A stretch of DNA of 64,000 bases from the human T2T-CHM13v2.0 reference genome, Homo sapiens (GCF_009914755.1 NC_060932.1); one strand, 5' to 3'; counted from the stretch's first letter, positions 14,401 through 30,244 are shown. Notes: generated by a model not told the origin, from the sequence alone. Made by a program: numbers and translations.

Positions 14401-15389
14401 TGGGAACTTGTATTTTGCAAACGACTGCAGATGTTCTGGATGTGGCTCCAGTGGGTGGGTGGGACAGAGGGCAGAAAAAGCAGGAGATCCACTTTCCTGG
14501 CCCAATGACTATAGCCCTCCAGCCACAGGGCACTGCAGGGAAGGATAATTCTATCTTTGCACTTAGCCCTCCAAGAAACCCTATGTCCACCCAACCCAAA
14601 GAAAAACACTTTCAGGACCAACTTTGCAAGGTGAAGAATCCTCATGTAACAGGTCAGGCCACCTCTGCAGGCCTGTGGAGTTCTACCCAATGGTTGCAAG
14701 AGGTTCCCTAGGACTAGGGTCTTGCATAGAGCCTTCTGATGGCCACTTCCTACTGAGACCCCACTCTGTCCTTCTCAGAGACCCCAGACTGCAGGAAAGA
14801 ACTACCTCAAAGACCCCAATAAATATTGCCTTGGTTCCATGAGCATATGAACCAAAATTACATCACTTTCTTCTAATGTTACTGTTTCTCAATAAAGGCA
14901 ATTAATGAAATGTAGAGCTCCATGTAACTTATTTGTACACCTGCAGTAAATCAGAAAAAGTCTTTTGTCAAAAGGAGGGGGACTTTGTCTTTGGCTCAGA
15001 CAACACAGTCCCTCCACCCAGGGCTAAAGGGCCTCCTCACCTTGACAATTCCACCAGGAGCCTCTTCCCTGCATTCACGTGGTCTCAGGCCTGCCTTCCA
15101 CAGCAAGGTGTGGAATTTCATCTTCCTCTGGACCCAGGCTTATCTGGCTGAGGCATTTAGCTCTCACCCCAAAAGTCCAGGTCCCTGCCTGTAAACGGGG
15201 TGCAAGTTTTCCTGGAGACCAGGTGAGAGGAGAACACAGACAGAACGGAACCCTGCAGTGTTACCAGTGCTCCTGTCCTTCCCCTCTGTGTTGTCCCCAG
15301 AGCAACCTCCCTCACCTTCATTCCAGCCAGAGATCAAGGCAGTTTCACAATCCTTCTGCTGCCAGAAGATGTGGGGTCCCCAAGTCTTC

Positions 15390-15718
15390 TTTTTGTTTTT
15401 TCTTTCTTTTTTTCTTTTGGTTTTTTTTTTTTTTTTTTAGAAACAGGGTCTCACTCTGCTGCCCAGGCTGGAGTGCAGTGGCCCTATCATGGCTCACTGC
15501 AGCCTCAAACTCTAGCTCAAGCCATCCTCCTGCCTCAGCCTCCTGAGTAGCCAGAACTACAGCCACGTGCCACTATGCCCAGCTATTTTTTTTTATTTTT
15601 GTAGAGACAGGGTCTTGCTACATTGCCCAGGAAGGTCTCGAACTCCTGGCCTCATGCGATACTCTTGCCTTGGCTTTCCAAAGTGCTGGAAAACAGGAGT
15701 GAGCCACTGCACCTGGCC
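15390..15718 (-). mobile_element. AluJ
   Basis: Long T-rich tail, ctcactgcagcctcaaactc, gagccactgcacctggcc. Confidence 0.93.
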
Positions 15719-15919
15719 ACGTGAGTCATCTTGTCTTACTCTCTGTCCCCAGCCATTCCTCGTCCCTCTACTTTCCATTTCTCAGAAGACCAGGGAAGTC
15801 CTCATGCTCGTCTCCTCTAAACCAGGCCCCCAACACCCTGCACTCAAACACCACCAGTCCTTCAATGCCCTGAACACACAACACACTCTTCCAGATGCTC
15901 AGACACTCATACAACCCAC

Positions 15920-15998
15920 GCTCACACACACACATGCACGTACGCACTCACACACTCCCATCCACACTTGCACTCACACATGCACACATGCACGCACG
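15920..15998. repeat. Degenerate (CA)n microsatellite
   Basis: cacacacacatgcacgtacgcactcacacac... Confidence 0.75.
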
Positions 15999-16439
15999 TA
16001 GAGAATCCTGTTTCAACTCCTCCATCCATGCTGATCACAGAATTTGAACTCTGCACCACACTCTCCACCACCTCATCATTTTTGCCTGATAGTTTTATGT
16101 GTGTTAATCTCCTGTGTCTCCCCCAAGCTCTCCCCTAAACTCCATGAGGACAAGCCAGGAGTCTAGGCTTCCTCCATCCTTGGCTCCCCGGCATTTAGCA
16201 AAGGACTAAACCGCAGGCCAGGGATCACTGACATTTTGCGTTCACTGAGCTGAGAGAGACCCTGAAGATCACCAAGCCCCGAATTTCCTCACTCCAAACT
16301 AGACGCACTGATTGATTAATTGGTGCATTGATTGTGGCCTGGTGGATTGGCGGGATCTGAAGGCCAGAGTGTAGGACTACAGAGATTAGACATGGTTGCT
16401 GCTCTGAATTTGGCATTTCTGGGGCCCTGCTGCTGGACA

Positions 16440-16700
16440 CTCCATGCTGGGAGGGTCACTAGGCATTGCAGTGGCCAGAACTGTATCCTGGCCTCAGACC
16501 AACCTAGGTCCCAGGCTGGCTCTGCCTCTGACTCACTCTGTGACCATCGGCAAGTTTCTCCAACCCCAGCTCTTCACTGTAAGATGGAGACATTAATAGG
16601 CTCCGTTTCACTGAGCTGCTGTGGACGCTAAGGGAGATAATATGGGCAGATCATTCAGCTCAGGGCCCATCACATAGTAAAGACCCCATACATGATCATT
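16440..16700 (+). mobile_element. MIR
   Basis: ggctctgcctctgactcactctgtgacc...ctgtaagatggag. Confidence 0.7.
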
Positions 16701-16731
16701 CTCCTCAGAGTTACAAATAAAAAGAAGAGGT

Positions 16732-17092
<361 letters not shown>

Positions 17093-17593
17093 TCAGTTGC
17101 CTATGAATATTACTTTACCTCTAAGCTGGATCCTTTGTTTTGTTTCGTTTTGTTTTGTTTTAGGATTAGTTTGTTTTCTTATTGCCAAAATGAAGATCAT
17201 AAAACCTATTTCACTGGACTGTTGTGAAGGTTAAATAAAATTTCAGCTCTGCAGTACCCAGCACCTCCCACCTACCTTTAGCTAGCACCTGCAACTGGAG
17301 AGAGGAGCTGCCTCTCTAAGATCTCAAAGCATTTGTTGCTGCTCAGAGTGATTCTCAAAGCGATTCTCCCACTTTTTTTTATAAACCAGATCCCAGCTTG
17401 GCTCCGTAATTCCAGAGCTGGATTCTCATCCTATTTCACAACTTGGAAAAATTGAGCCATTATTGTCCTCACATCTCCTGAGAAAGATAGGGGGGGCTGT
17501 GCCAAGGATGACACGCAGGCAGCCACAGCCATGGGCTGAGCAGGGAAGGGGGGGTCCAATGCCCTCATCCTAAAGGGATGGGATTTTGGTTTA

Positions 17594-17917
<324 letters not shown>

Positions 17918-17994
17918 CCAGGGATGGATGATTGAGGGAAACTTCAGAATACACTCATGGAATACCTTGAGAATCTGAATAAACAGCTTATTCA

Positions 17995-18360
17995 TTTGTA
18001 TTTTTATTTTAAAGTTTTTTTCTGATTATAAAAGTAATCATAGAAAATATAGAAAAGCAAATATATTTGTAACAACTAGGCATATATATATATATATATG
18101 CATAACATGACTGTTAATACTTTTGCATATTTCTTTCTGGGCTGTCTTCTAGGAATATTTTAACATTGAGATCTCTGTATTAGAAATTTCACATCTGTTT
18201 TCCAGTTAGTGTTACATATTATTATACCACTCATTTCCCATCTGATTAGAAACCTCTTTAATGACATCATCTTTAATGACTCCATAAATACTCCTTCATT
18301 GGAGACCACTAATTTATTTAACCGTTCTCCCACTCTTGGCCATTTAACATGCAACCAATT
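17995..18360 (-). mobile_element. Old L1ME fragment
   Basis: ctgattataaaagtaat...aatttatttaaccgttctcccactcttggccatttaa. Confidence 0.55.
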
Positions 18361-18734
18361 TTTAACCCCAACAACCTTTGGAGCACCACGAGGTTCCGTT
18401 TGCAAATCACTGATCTGGACCTGAGGTGACCGGTCTGCAGCCCACGGCCCACATGTGTCTCCTCCCCACCGCCCCAGCTTCACAATGGGGCCATGATATA
18501 ATTACAGGATGAAGAATCAGAGCTGCACCATGTTGCCTCATGGCTAACGTATCCAGAATGTACATTTTAATGGCCAAAGAGCAGTGCTGTTATTCTCATG
18601 GACGTTATTCTAGTCAATAAGATAGGTGATTTAAGTTGTAGGGGAATCCGTTTTCACTAGAACTGTGTAAGATTTATTGAATGAAATATGACTCATAAAT
18701 ATTTTCTTTTCTTTTTTTCTTACCTTTGGTCTGG

Positions 18735-19270
18735 ACTTAGTCCTAACTCTTTTGATGGTAAAGATCAGAAGAAACCTATTCAAACAAGCTCTGTAAAAGA
18801 TAGGGTGGTTGCGGGGTATACAGAGGTCTCCAGGGAAACCAGGAAACATTGAATCAGGCCTCGAGAAGGGAGAAACCAGGGATTTGCTCACTCACTCCCT
18901 CACTCACGCATGATTTCTCTGCTCTTCTTGGGGTCCTCACTCCCTCCTCTTTCTCTCTCCTGACTGGTTTCTCTGCATCTCAGTTCCGAATATATTCAGC
19001 AAGCACATAGTCCCAAAATAGCACTCCTTGCCCCAACTTTACCTGGCCTTTCAGCACAGGCACCTAACACCAGCCAACAATTTCTTTCTGGTCCCTGGTT
19101 CAGATTTCCCAAAGAGAGGCTCTTACTGGCTTAGGTGAACGTTTTGTTCCAGTCCACATAAGGCTTTCTTGTTCTCTGGCCAGCCCACAGGCAGGCCAGT
19201 CCTGGCTCCCACACCAACACTGGGTCCAATCAGTTGTGACAAGCGAAGGCAGTGTCACATGGGTCCTGCT
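18735..19270 (-). mobile_element. Ancient MLT1-type MaLR LTR
   Basis: cagaagaaacctattcaaacaagct...ggtccaatcagttgtgac...gtcacatgg. Confidence 0.5.
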
Positions 19271-19893
19271 CACTCAGCAAAACGTGGGAGGACAGAAGAT
19301 TCCCTAAAAAAGGAGTCTGGGCCAAGCAGGAGCCACTGTGTCTAATTCCTTCACCAAGAGCTATTAAGAGTGTCACTGAGTCAGTGATTGTATTTCCAGA
19401 AAGGTTCTAGAAATGCAGCCTTCAGGAATGTGCCCAAAAAACGCTGTCTGTTCCCCAACAGTCAGATGGACAAACAACATGGTTTATGGAAACCATAAGC
19501 TCTGTGTACCCTTTCTCAAGCCCCTGATTCTGGTCAGGAACTTTGAGGCTCCAGCAGGTTCTTCCAATCAGCCAGGACCTGATCTACCTGCAAGCTCATG
19601 GGAACTCCAGGAGCATCTTGGGGTTGGAGTGAAGGTGTCCTGGCAGGCATGGCTGCTGCCTCCAGGCTTCCCCAGGTCACAGTGCAGTCTTCTGGTCTGC
19701 AGGAGGCAGTGGTGGTAACTGAAAGACACTGGACCTCACACCCCAACAAAGATTTCATAAGCAAAACACAGTAAGACACTTGTCATAAGGCAAAATGTTG
19801 ATACATTAAACAACACTACAATTAGAAACTTCTTATCGTAATAATATACCATCAAGAGAATGAAAAGGCAAGCCACAGAGTAGAAGATATGTG

Positions 19894-19898
19894 CTCTC

Positions 19899-19936
<38 letters not shown>
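19894..19936. repeat. (CT)n(AT)n compound microsatellite
   Basis: ctctctct...ctatatatatat. Confidence 0.9.
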
Positions 19937-20403
19937 GCGACAAATATATTGTAACTAAAATATAGTAAGAACTTTTGAAAATAAATGTAATAAAAAGTGG
20001 ACAAAAGACTTGCATGAGGGCTTGAAAAAAGAGACATTTAAATGGCTTGTAAGTGTATGAAAATATACTTAACTACAGTAGCTATTGGGGAAAGGTAAAT
20101 GAATAAACAAAATGAGATACCACTATACCTCACCAGAATGGCAAAATAAAAATATCAACTGCCAATATCAACTGTTGAGGAAGAGGGAAGGTAACAGAAG
20201 CATGCTTCTGCCTGGAGGTGTAAATTGATACACCCATTTTGCAAACCTATCTGGCAGTGTCTATCAAAGCTGAACCATACATATACCTTAGGAATCAGCA
20301 ATTCCATTCTTAGATATATGTCAAACAAACAGAAATGCCTGCAACATAAACAAGCATGTGTTGCAACTGGAAAACAACCCAAATGTCCATCAACAGTGGA
20401 ATA

Positions 20404-20710
20404 AGCTGGGCACAGTGGCTCACGCCTGTAATCCCAGCACTTTGGGAGGCCGAGGTGGGCAGCTCACCTGAGGTCAGGAGTTCGAGACCAGCCTGGCCAA
20501 CATGATGAAACCCCGTCTCTACTAAAAATACAAAAATTAGCCGGGCATGGTGGCAGGCACCTGTAATCCCAGCTACTCAGAGGAGGCTGAGGCAGGAGAA
20601 TTGCTTGACCCCGGGAGGCAGAGGTCACAGTGAGCCAAGATCATGCCACTGCACTCCAGCTCGGGCAAAAGAACAAGACTTTGTCTCAAAAAAATAAATA
20701 AATAAAAAAT
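20404..20710 (+). mobile_element. AluS
   Basis: Full dimer; TSD-like acagtggaat on both sides. Confidence 0.96.
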
Positions 20711-21184
20711 GACAGTGGAATGGATACATTAGAGTCTAATCATACCATGGGATATTGCACAGCAATGAGAATAAATGAATGGACTGCCGCTAAGTACAAC
20801 GCCATGGATGAATCTCACAAGTGAGACATGCCAGACACAAAAAGTACACACTGAATAGTTTCATTTATGTAAAGTTCGAAAACAGGCAAAACTAATCTAT
20901 GGTGTTAGGACAGAGGATTGTGGTCTTTTGGGGGTGGGGGCAGAGAGAGGGTATTCTGGGGTACTGGTAATGTTACAATTCTTGATCTTGGTGGCGGTTA
21001 CATGAGTGTGTTCACTTTGTGATTATTCACCGAGCTGTACGTTTATGATTTAGGTAGTTTTCTAGATGTATATTATATATCAATTTTTAAATGTTCATTT
21101 TTTTGCAAAGGTAATTACTATACCATGTAATACATATAACTATCCCCAAACATTATTAAATTCCATGTACATGTATAACTCCTG

Positions 21185-21300
21185 TGGACTGGAGAGGTTA
21201 AGTGACTTCCCCAAAGTCACACAGCTTAGTTAATGGTGGACCCAGTCTCAATCCAGGTTTTAAGACTCCAAGACCAATTGTCTTTCTACTATAATGTTGC
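21185..21300 (-). mobile_element. MIR
   Basis: gagaggttaagtgacttccccaaagtcacacagct. Confidence 0.75.
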
Positions 21301-22337
21301 TTCCATTTATATATTAAAGCCTCACCCATAACTCCTATTCCTGGCAAGACTGATCAACTATGCCTCCACCTCACAGAAAAAAAAATTAATATTTAAGATA
21401 TTTTTTTAAGCCATGAACTAAACTTGATGTAATGAAAGCTCTCTAGTGGGCATTAGCCAAACTCAACACTCTTTTGCCTTGCATGTGTAAGTCATTCCTG
21501 CAGAAACACCTCATCAAGAAGGCACCAAACCAAGGTGCCCCCCTCCCACCAGCCTTCCCAGACAGCTGCTGCAATGCTGACCTCATGTCTGATAATATAG
21601 CCTTGGCAAGGAAGCTGTGTTGCTCTTCGCAGACCCATTGTTGCTTTAAGGATCTATTTGGTTCAACTTAAAACAAAAATAAAGAAACAACTACCAAACT
21701 GTACTAAATTAAGAGGACAGAGAGTAATCCCACTGGATTTCACTTGGACTTGATGTCCCTCTTGAGACTGTGGGTGTCTCGTGGGAAGGAAGAATAAAGA
21801 GATCTGTCCTAGGAAGAGTCTAACATCACAGAATTTTAAAGTTGAAAGGGACTTTAAAGTTCAGCTTCTAAGAGCAGAGAATAATAAAGACAATGCTAGA
21901 AAGTACCTCATAGATTCCAAAGTCTTTTTACATTTCTCCATTGATCTTCCAGGCAATCATTTCAGGTAAGATATTATACTCCTTTTAGAGGCAAGGAAAT
22001 CAAAACTCAGGCAATTTGCAGAGTTACTAGTGGTGGCCTCTTATTTCTGGGCCCTGGCTGGTTGAGCTAAATTCTAAGCTCTTTCTAGCACAGCACATTA
22101 TAAACCACACCCAGCTCACGGGAGACACCTGAAATTTGTCATCACTAGTTCTCAAGGAGCTTTAGAGTCAGAGACAAGTAAGATTCTAAGAAACACAACT
22201 GTTAGCTAGCCAGATTCTTGGGCTAAAGAGTTATGTTTAGCCCAGGAGTCTGGCTGGTTCCATGCTGAATGTCTGGATTTTTACAGAGATGACCATGGGT
22301 TTGTAACACACTGCACTCATAGAAAGTATCCTCCTCA

Positions 22338-22735
22338 AATGGATTAATGGCATTCACAGCAACCTGGATAGGATTGGAGACTATTAATCTAAGTGAAGTA
22401 ACTCAGGAATGGAAAACCAAACATGGTGTGTTCTCACTCATAAGTGGGAGCTAAGCTATGAGGATGCAAAGGCCTAAGAATGAAACAATAGTCTTTGGGG
22501 ACTCAGGGGGGAAAGCATGGGAAAGAGGTGAGGGGTAAAAGACTACAAATTGAGTGCTATGTACTGCTTGGGTGTTGGGTGCACCAAAATCTCACAAATC
22601 ACCACTAAAGAACTTACTCATGTGACCAAATACCACCTGTTCCTCAATAACCTATGGAAATAAAAAAAAATTGTTTTAAGAAGTAAACAAAGAAGCTATT
22701 TGATTACAGTTTAAAAAAAGAAAGAAAAAAAGAAA
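22338..22735 (+). mobile_element. 5'-truncated L1PB1-like element with TSD
   Basis: aactcaggaatggaaaaccaaacat...gggtgcaccaaaatctcacaaatcaccactaaagaac; TSD gaaag(t/a)atcctcctca. Confidence 0.9.
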
Positions 22736-22933
22736 GAATCCTCCTCAGTCAGCCCTAACTCTGCAAGGCTTAACCACTCCAAGGTGCTTACCCACTTGGG
22801 TTGTGACCCAGGTCTACATTAAAACAAAGGTACAAAGTTAGTGGTGAACAAGTGGAATCTGCGTAAAGCATGCATCCCTAGCATCCTTTGTTATTTCTCT
22901 CCGTAGATGCAAGTGCTGCCCTGATAGCTGCAA

Positions 22934-23002
22934 TTAGGTTGGTGCAAATGTAATTTGCATAAAGTAATGGCAAAAACCTCAATGACATTTGTGCCAACCT
23001 AA
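22934..23002. mobile_element. MADE1 mariner-derived MITE
   Basis: TIRs ttaggttggtgcaaa / tttgtgccaacctaa with taatggcaaaaacc. Confidence 0.88.
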
Positions 23003-23127
23003 TAAAAAAGGTCCCACCTGTTCTCTTCAGCTGACTCCTAGGAAGCCACAGAACACATCTGTGGGAAGGTGGGTGCCAGAGGAAGGGCAGTGAACACACA
23101 CAGCAGCAGATCCTGGAAAGGGATGGG

Positions 23128-23332
23128 AACATAGTGAAACCCCATCTCTACTTAAACAAATACAAAAACTAGCCAGGTGTGGTGATGGGCTCCTGTAATT
23201 CCAGCTACTCAGGAGGCTGAGGTGGGAGAAATCACTCGAACCCAGAAGGAGGAGGTTGCAGTGAGCCGAAAGCGCACCACTGTACTCCAGCCTGGGCCAC
23301 AGAATGAGACTCTGACTCAAGAGAAAAAAAAA
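23128..23332 (+). mobile_element. 5'-truncated Alu
   Basis: aacatagtgaaaccccatctcta...right arm...A tail. Confidence 0.9.
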
Positions 23333-24309
23333 ATTGCTTTTCAACCATGAGCTTTTTTGTTCATAGCCTAGCCCCAGAAAATGACAGGGATAAAGGAGAT
23401 CTCTTCTATCTACACAAATGAGGAAGGAGAACTCAGAAAGACCACTCTCCCTTATGTTAAAAATGTAGCTGCTGCAAAGAACTTCCTTTTTCAGGATTCT
23501 CTTCCTCTGCACACATATTCTAGTTTCCACCATTACAAACTCTCCTCACTGGGCAAATTGAAAATAAGTAATGGTTTCAATACTGCACTACTGCCACTAC
23601 CTTAAAAAGTATGGCCACAGAGCCACTTTGGTGGGCACGGCCGGCCGGCTGGAGGCAGCTTGGAGCTAAAAGCCAAACCCCAGGTAGCCACTCACTGCCT
23701 TTTCCTCCCCAAGTTTCCTGAAGTTCTGCTGACTGCACCCTAGAGGCCCCAGCTCTTCCTGCACATGCCATGAGCTCACACACAGCCCTGGGCATGCCAT
23801 GGGTTTGGCATAAAGGGCTCAGCTAAACCAGTGGAGTTGTTCTTATGGCCAGGAGGACTGGGCCCGGCTGGCTTTCAGAGAAGCCAATCCACAGAGCTTG
23901 AGTTCCAACCATTCCAAAGCCTTTCCCTATAGCAATGGGACTGTGAACAGGCGATTCCCCTGCCTGCTGCTCCCTCTGCAATCAAAAGGAAGAAAAATAT
24001 CTGGGCCTGGAAAAGTGATTGCCATAGGCTACAGCCCAGCACAAAACAGCAGACACCCAGACATCCATCAAGTGCAAGTATTGACATTTATTGACTGCAG
24101 ACAGAGGCTACACTACGAGCTCGGAGGGTTACTGAGGATCAGCCTCAAAGGAAGCCCCAGAAATACCACATTACCTTTGCAGAACATTCTGCAAATCCTA
24201 GTCCCTCTGCAAGAGGGTTGGCCTGAACAGCACAACTATACCAGACACAACAGAATCACATCAGCCAAGACATAAATACATACCATTATCAAAGAAGGGT
24301 CCCTTCGCA

Positions 24310-24512
24310 CAGTGGTTCTCAACCAGGGAAGTAACTCCCACTCACAGGGCATCTGGAAATTCAGGGAGTGAGGTTTGTGTTGTCAGAGGACCTGAGAGAT
24401 GCTACTCGGGGGCAGGAACCCAGGATGCTAAGCTTCCAGCGATATAGGAGATCACCTGCATAAAGAACTGTCCTGCCATAAATGCCACTAGTGTCCTTGG
24501 TGAAGAAAACAG
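24310..24512 (+). mobile_element. MER20-like hAT-Charlie element
   Basis: cagtggttctcaacc...ggatgctaagc...aaagaactgtcctgcc...aatgccactagtg. Confidence 0.65.
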
Positions 24513-24654
24513 TATACCTACCATCCCTCAACCTTAATTCTCAGCCTGATTTTGTCTTGTCACCCTTGAATCAATTTCACATTCTCAAGCAACGCCCTGC
24601 AGTCTGGGGGACTCCTTAGCATACATGAGAGGGCACTGTGCTAGTCGGTATAGA

Positions 24655-25080
24655 TGCCGTGGGGCACAGTGGTTATAAGCATGGATTCTGGATAGCTTTC
24701 CAAGGTTAAAACCCTGTATGTGTGGATGATAATTTTCTCTTCCCTCATAGATTCATAATGAGGATTCAACGAGATAATGGGCTTGCAGGGCCGTGCTCAG
24801 TAAGTATAGTGATTTTTTTCTATTTGAGAAATTTTTGTCCAGGAATCTGGATTTAGATTTTTCAGTAGCAAACACAATGTGGTAAACTGAAATGAAGACT
24901 GGGATTTAGAAAATTGAACTTCAAACCCCAGATCTACTTGTTTTACCCATGAAATCACAGGTCAATCAGCTGACGTCTCTGAGCCCCATCTTCTCACATT
25001 TGAAATGTTCAGAATAACAATAAAGCCTTCACAGGGAGATTATGGGAATTAACCGAAAGGAGGAAGTGAAAGTGACCTGA
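24655..25080 (+). mobile_element. Two MIR relics
   Basis: gcacagtggttataagcatgg...gaggattcaacgagataat; tctctgagccccatcttctcacatttgaaatg. Confidence 0.6.
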
Positions 25081-25199
25081 CTGCTGCAGTGAGTGTCAAG
25101 CACCCATCACATGTTCTATGTGGAACCACCTAAAACAAGAGCATCACATAGTGTGTGTTTCCTCCTTCACTTAGGATGGCATCACTTCCTCTGAGATTA

Positions 25200-26150
<951 letters not shown>

Positions 26151-26159
26151 TAGGGGTAC

Positions 26160-27110
26160 ATTACAGTTACAGGTACATTATGGCTGAATGCCAAATGGCC
26201 AAGTGTTAAAGTTCAGCTGAAGAGGAGGCCAAAGCCTGTGCATAATTTTAAATACAAATTTTATTATTACAATTTTGAATTAGAGCTATAGTAAAGTTTT
26301 AAGGGCTGACATAGGGTGCAGAAACAGTTTTCTTGGGCCGCCAGCTTGAAGGGATAATCCAAGGCCCTTCCTGTGCCCATCTGAGTGACTGAGGGTTGAT
26401 CACTTCCACCCATGTGGGTGAGGAGCAAGATGTTTGGAGGGAAGTCCCATTTTTCTCTAACAGCGTCTCTTTTCTTCATTTTTATATTCTCTTTTATGTC
26501 TGGATCAAGGATCATGTATCATGGATGCTGTATGCGATTTTGGAATGTTTCCTCTTTTTGAAATTTTAAGGCGGCAAAGTTGACATTCTGTCTTTTATTC
26601 ATCCTCACAAGATGTGAAAGATTTTCAAATGAGACTTTTTCTTGAAAGATTTCTGGCCTCGAGGGAATTAAATATTTAAAAATGAAAAACAGCTCTGAAA
26701 GGTTGTTTTATTTAATGTCATGCATGTTGCTACAACAAATAATTCTGTAAAAATGAGATTTAATGACATCAGCTAATCAACTTTAATAAAAAGTTATTAA
26801 AAGTTATTTTTTAGGATTTTATAATAGTTTTGGCTCCCAAATAGGATACAAGGATATGTTTTCCCTAAAGTTGTCTAGCTAGCATTACTCCCCTATGACT
26901 CTAATTAAGTGCTGACTCTTCCCGTATTTATGTAACTATTTGAAAGTTCATCATAATTCCTGTACGTAAAAGTAACAACACTCACTTTCACAGTTATTGC
27001 AGCTCTTTAGTCTTGCAACGATTATAAATGCACATTTTAACTTCAACCGACTGATGGAATTTGATGGAATTTACAGCACAAAAGAGATTCCCACTCCAAG
27101 TTACACCTAG
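26160..27110. promoter_or_regulatory. Candidate conserved non-coding block
   Basis: About 950 bp without a recognisable repeat; dense TAAT/ATTA, taatta, tttatg and tgaca motifs. Confidence 0.4.
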
Positions 27111-27404
27111 AGGATGTGCCTCTATTTCAGAATGAATGTTTTGCTATTAATAAATCTCAGTGCCATACCTTGTTCATATCACTGCTATGGTTACGATCAT
27201 TAGATTCAATGCAATCACATACAAGTTCAGGGATGCAAGAAATGACATTGAAGTTGCCATCAACTATACAGCCTTCTGCAGGCCAACTCCAGAGCTGAAG
27301 CCAAATAGCAGATTTGAGACAAGTAGCAAGGCCAAGGCAGACTTTTCATGCATCCCTAACTTATTCTTGCCTATATTTTTTTTACAAGAAGCATGTATTT
27401 TCAT

Positions 27405-27890
27405 TATATCAAAAGGATACCTGCACTTGTGTGTTTATCACAGCACTATTCATAATAGCAAAGAAACGGAGTCAACCTAAGTGTCCATCAATGGAAAATT
27501 GGATAAAGAAAATGTGGTCTATGCACACCATGGAATACTATTCAGCCATAAAAAATACTATTCAGCCATACTATTTGCAGCAACTTGGATGGAACTGAAG
27601 ACCATTATCTTAAGTGAATCAACTTAAACAAAGGCAAATACTGCCGGTTCTCACTTAATAAGTGAGCTAAATAATGTGTACACATGGAAGCAGAGTGTGG
27701 AATGATGGACAATGGGGACTTCAAGGGGTGGGAGAGGGTGGATGATGGGAGGTTGCTTGGTGGGTACACTGTGCATTGCTCCAGTGACGGATGCACTGAA
27801 GGCCCTGACTTCACCACAGTGCAATACATCAAGGTAGCACAATTGCACCTGCACCCCATGAATATATACGAATACAAATAAATAAAAGAT
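27405..27890 (+). mobile_element. L1PB4/L1MA-type 3' end
   Basis: gtcaacctaagtgtccatcaatgg...ccctgacttcaccac...gcaccccatgaatatatac. Confidence 0.88.
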
Positions 27891-28099
27891 GTATTTAATG
27901 ATTTTAAACATATTTTTATTAAAATCACATACACACTAGTACCCCACCCCTGAAAAAAAAAAATATGGTGGAAACATTAAATTGGACCTCTATATTATTC
28001 CCAACCTTTTTGAAAAATTGTTGTTATTTGATCACTATTTGAGTGTGAATCACACATTCTCAGAGCTTGTAGTCGCTACAGTAATCAACATGACCCTCC

Positions 28100-29028
<929 letters not shown>

Positions 29029-29086
29029 TTGATATTACTAGGAATGTTCTGACTAGACTGCAAAGCTAGAGTTAAAATCACTGCAC

Positions 29087-29291
29087 CACTGGTCTTCAAG
29101 CCTCACTCTCCAGAGACCTCGGGTTCACAGTAGAGACGGACGACCACTCTGTTGTCAGGAGGAGTGGTCCCTGCACTCATCCATGTCACGTAGAGCAGAT
29201 CTTTCCTGTTCCTTCATCCGGGTTCTGTGGGACAGTGTGTTCGTAAGACAGGGGGATGTTTATGCTGCCAGAAAGAGTCTGAAAACCACTG
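29087..29291. mobile_element. hAT-Charlie MITE-like element
   Basis: Imperfect TIRs cactggtcttcaagc / gtctgaaaaccactg. Confidence 0.45.
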
Positions 29292-29519
29292 TGTCACAGC
29301 AAGAGGCCCACTTATGGTGGGCAGGCTTCCTCTCAGAGGGCCACCCATCAAGTGAGAATGTCACTGAAATAAGTGTCGGCTCCAGAGTGAAATCAGAGCT
29401 CCCTCTGAAACCAACTGCATATCCCTGGGCAAGCCATGCCTCAGTTTCCCCACCTGCAAAGCAAGGCTACTGATGCCTGTCCTCTGTGTCTGACTTGGGG
29501 TGGGGTGGGAGTGAAGGGA

Positions 29520-29850
29520 GTTGAGGCATAACAAATATAAAATGTGTAAAGTGCATCAATCTTACATTTACAGAGTGATGTTTTTTCTTATGTGTACCCT
29601 GTGTCCCCGCCATGCAAACCAAGATATAGAGCCATTTACAGTACTGCAGAACTCCTTCGAGTCTCCTCTCACTTACACCCCCCACCACCCAGTGGCAAAC
29701 ACTCTTCTGACTTCTTCCCCCATAGATTTGTTTTGCCTATCTTTATTTAGACTTCAGATAAGTTGAGTCCCAGGGTATATATTCTTTCGTATCGGACTTC
29801 TTTCATTTAACATAATATCTGAAGTTTCATCCGTGCTGCCGTGTATTTAT
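29520..29850 (-). mobile_element. L1M 3' fragment
   Basis: ttgaggcataac...caaaccaagatatagag...cttctttcatttaacataat. Confidence 0.65.
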
Positions 29851-29885
29851 TTGGGTGCTGAAATATCCAAATAAAATACCAAACA

Positions 29886-30190
<305 letters not shown>

Positions 30191-30244
30191 TTAGAATGCA
30201 TAAAATACAAAAATAGGCAAGACACAGTATTACTAGCTGAATCT

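Larger units (their letters stand above)
19780..21110 (+). mobile_element. L1MD/ME 3' region interrupted by an Alu and a microsatellite
   Basis: gagaatgaaaaggcaagccacagagtag; aatgagataccactatac; ggcaaaactaatctatggtgttag. Confidence 0.8.

Noticed and set aside
15079-16001. 155 aa and 144 aa ORFs
   Set aside because: They read through an antisense Alu and a CA repeat; typical Alu-derived false ORFs.
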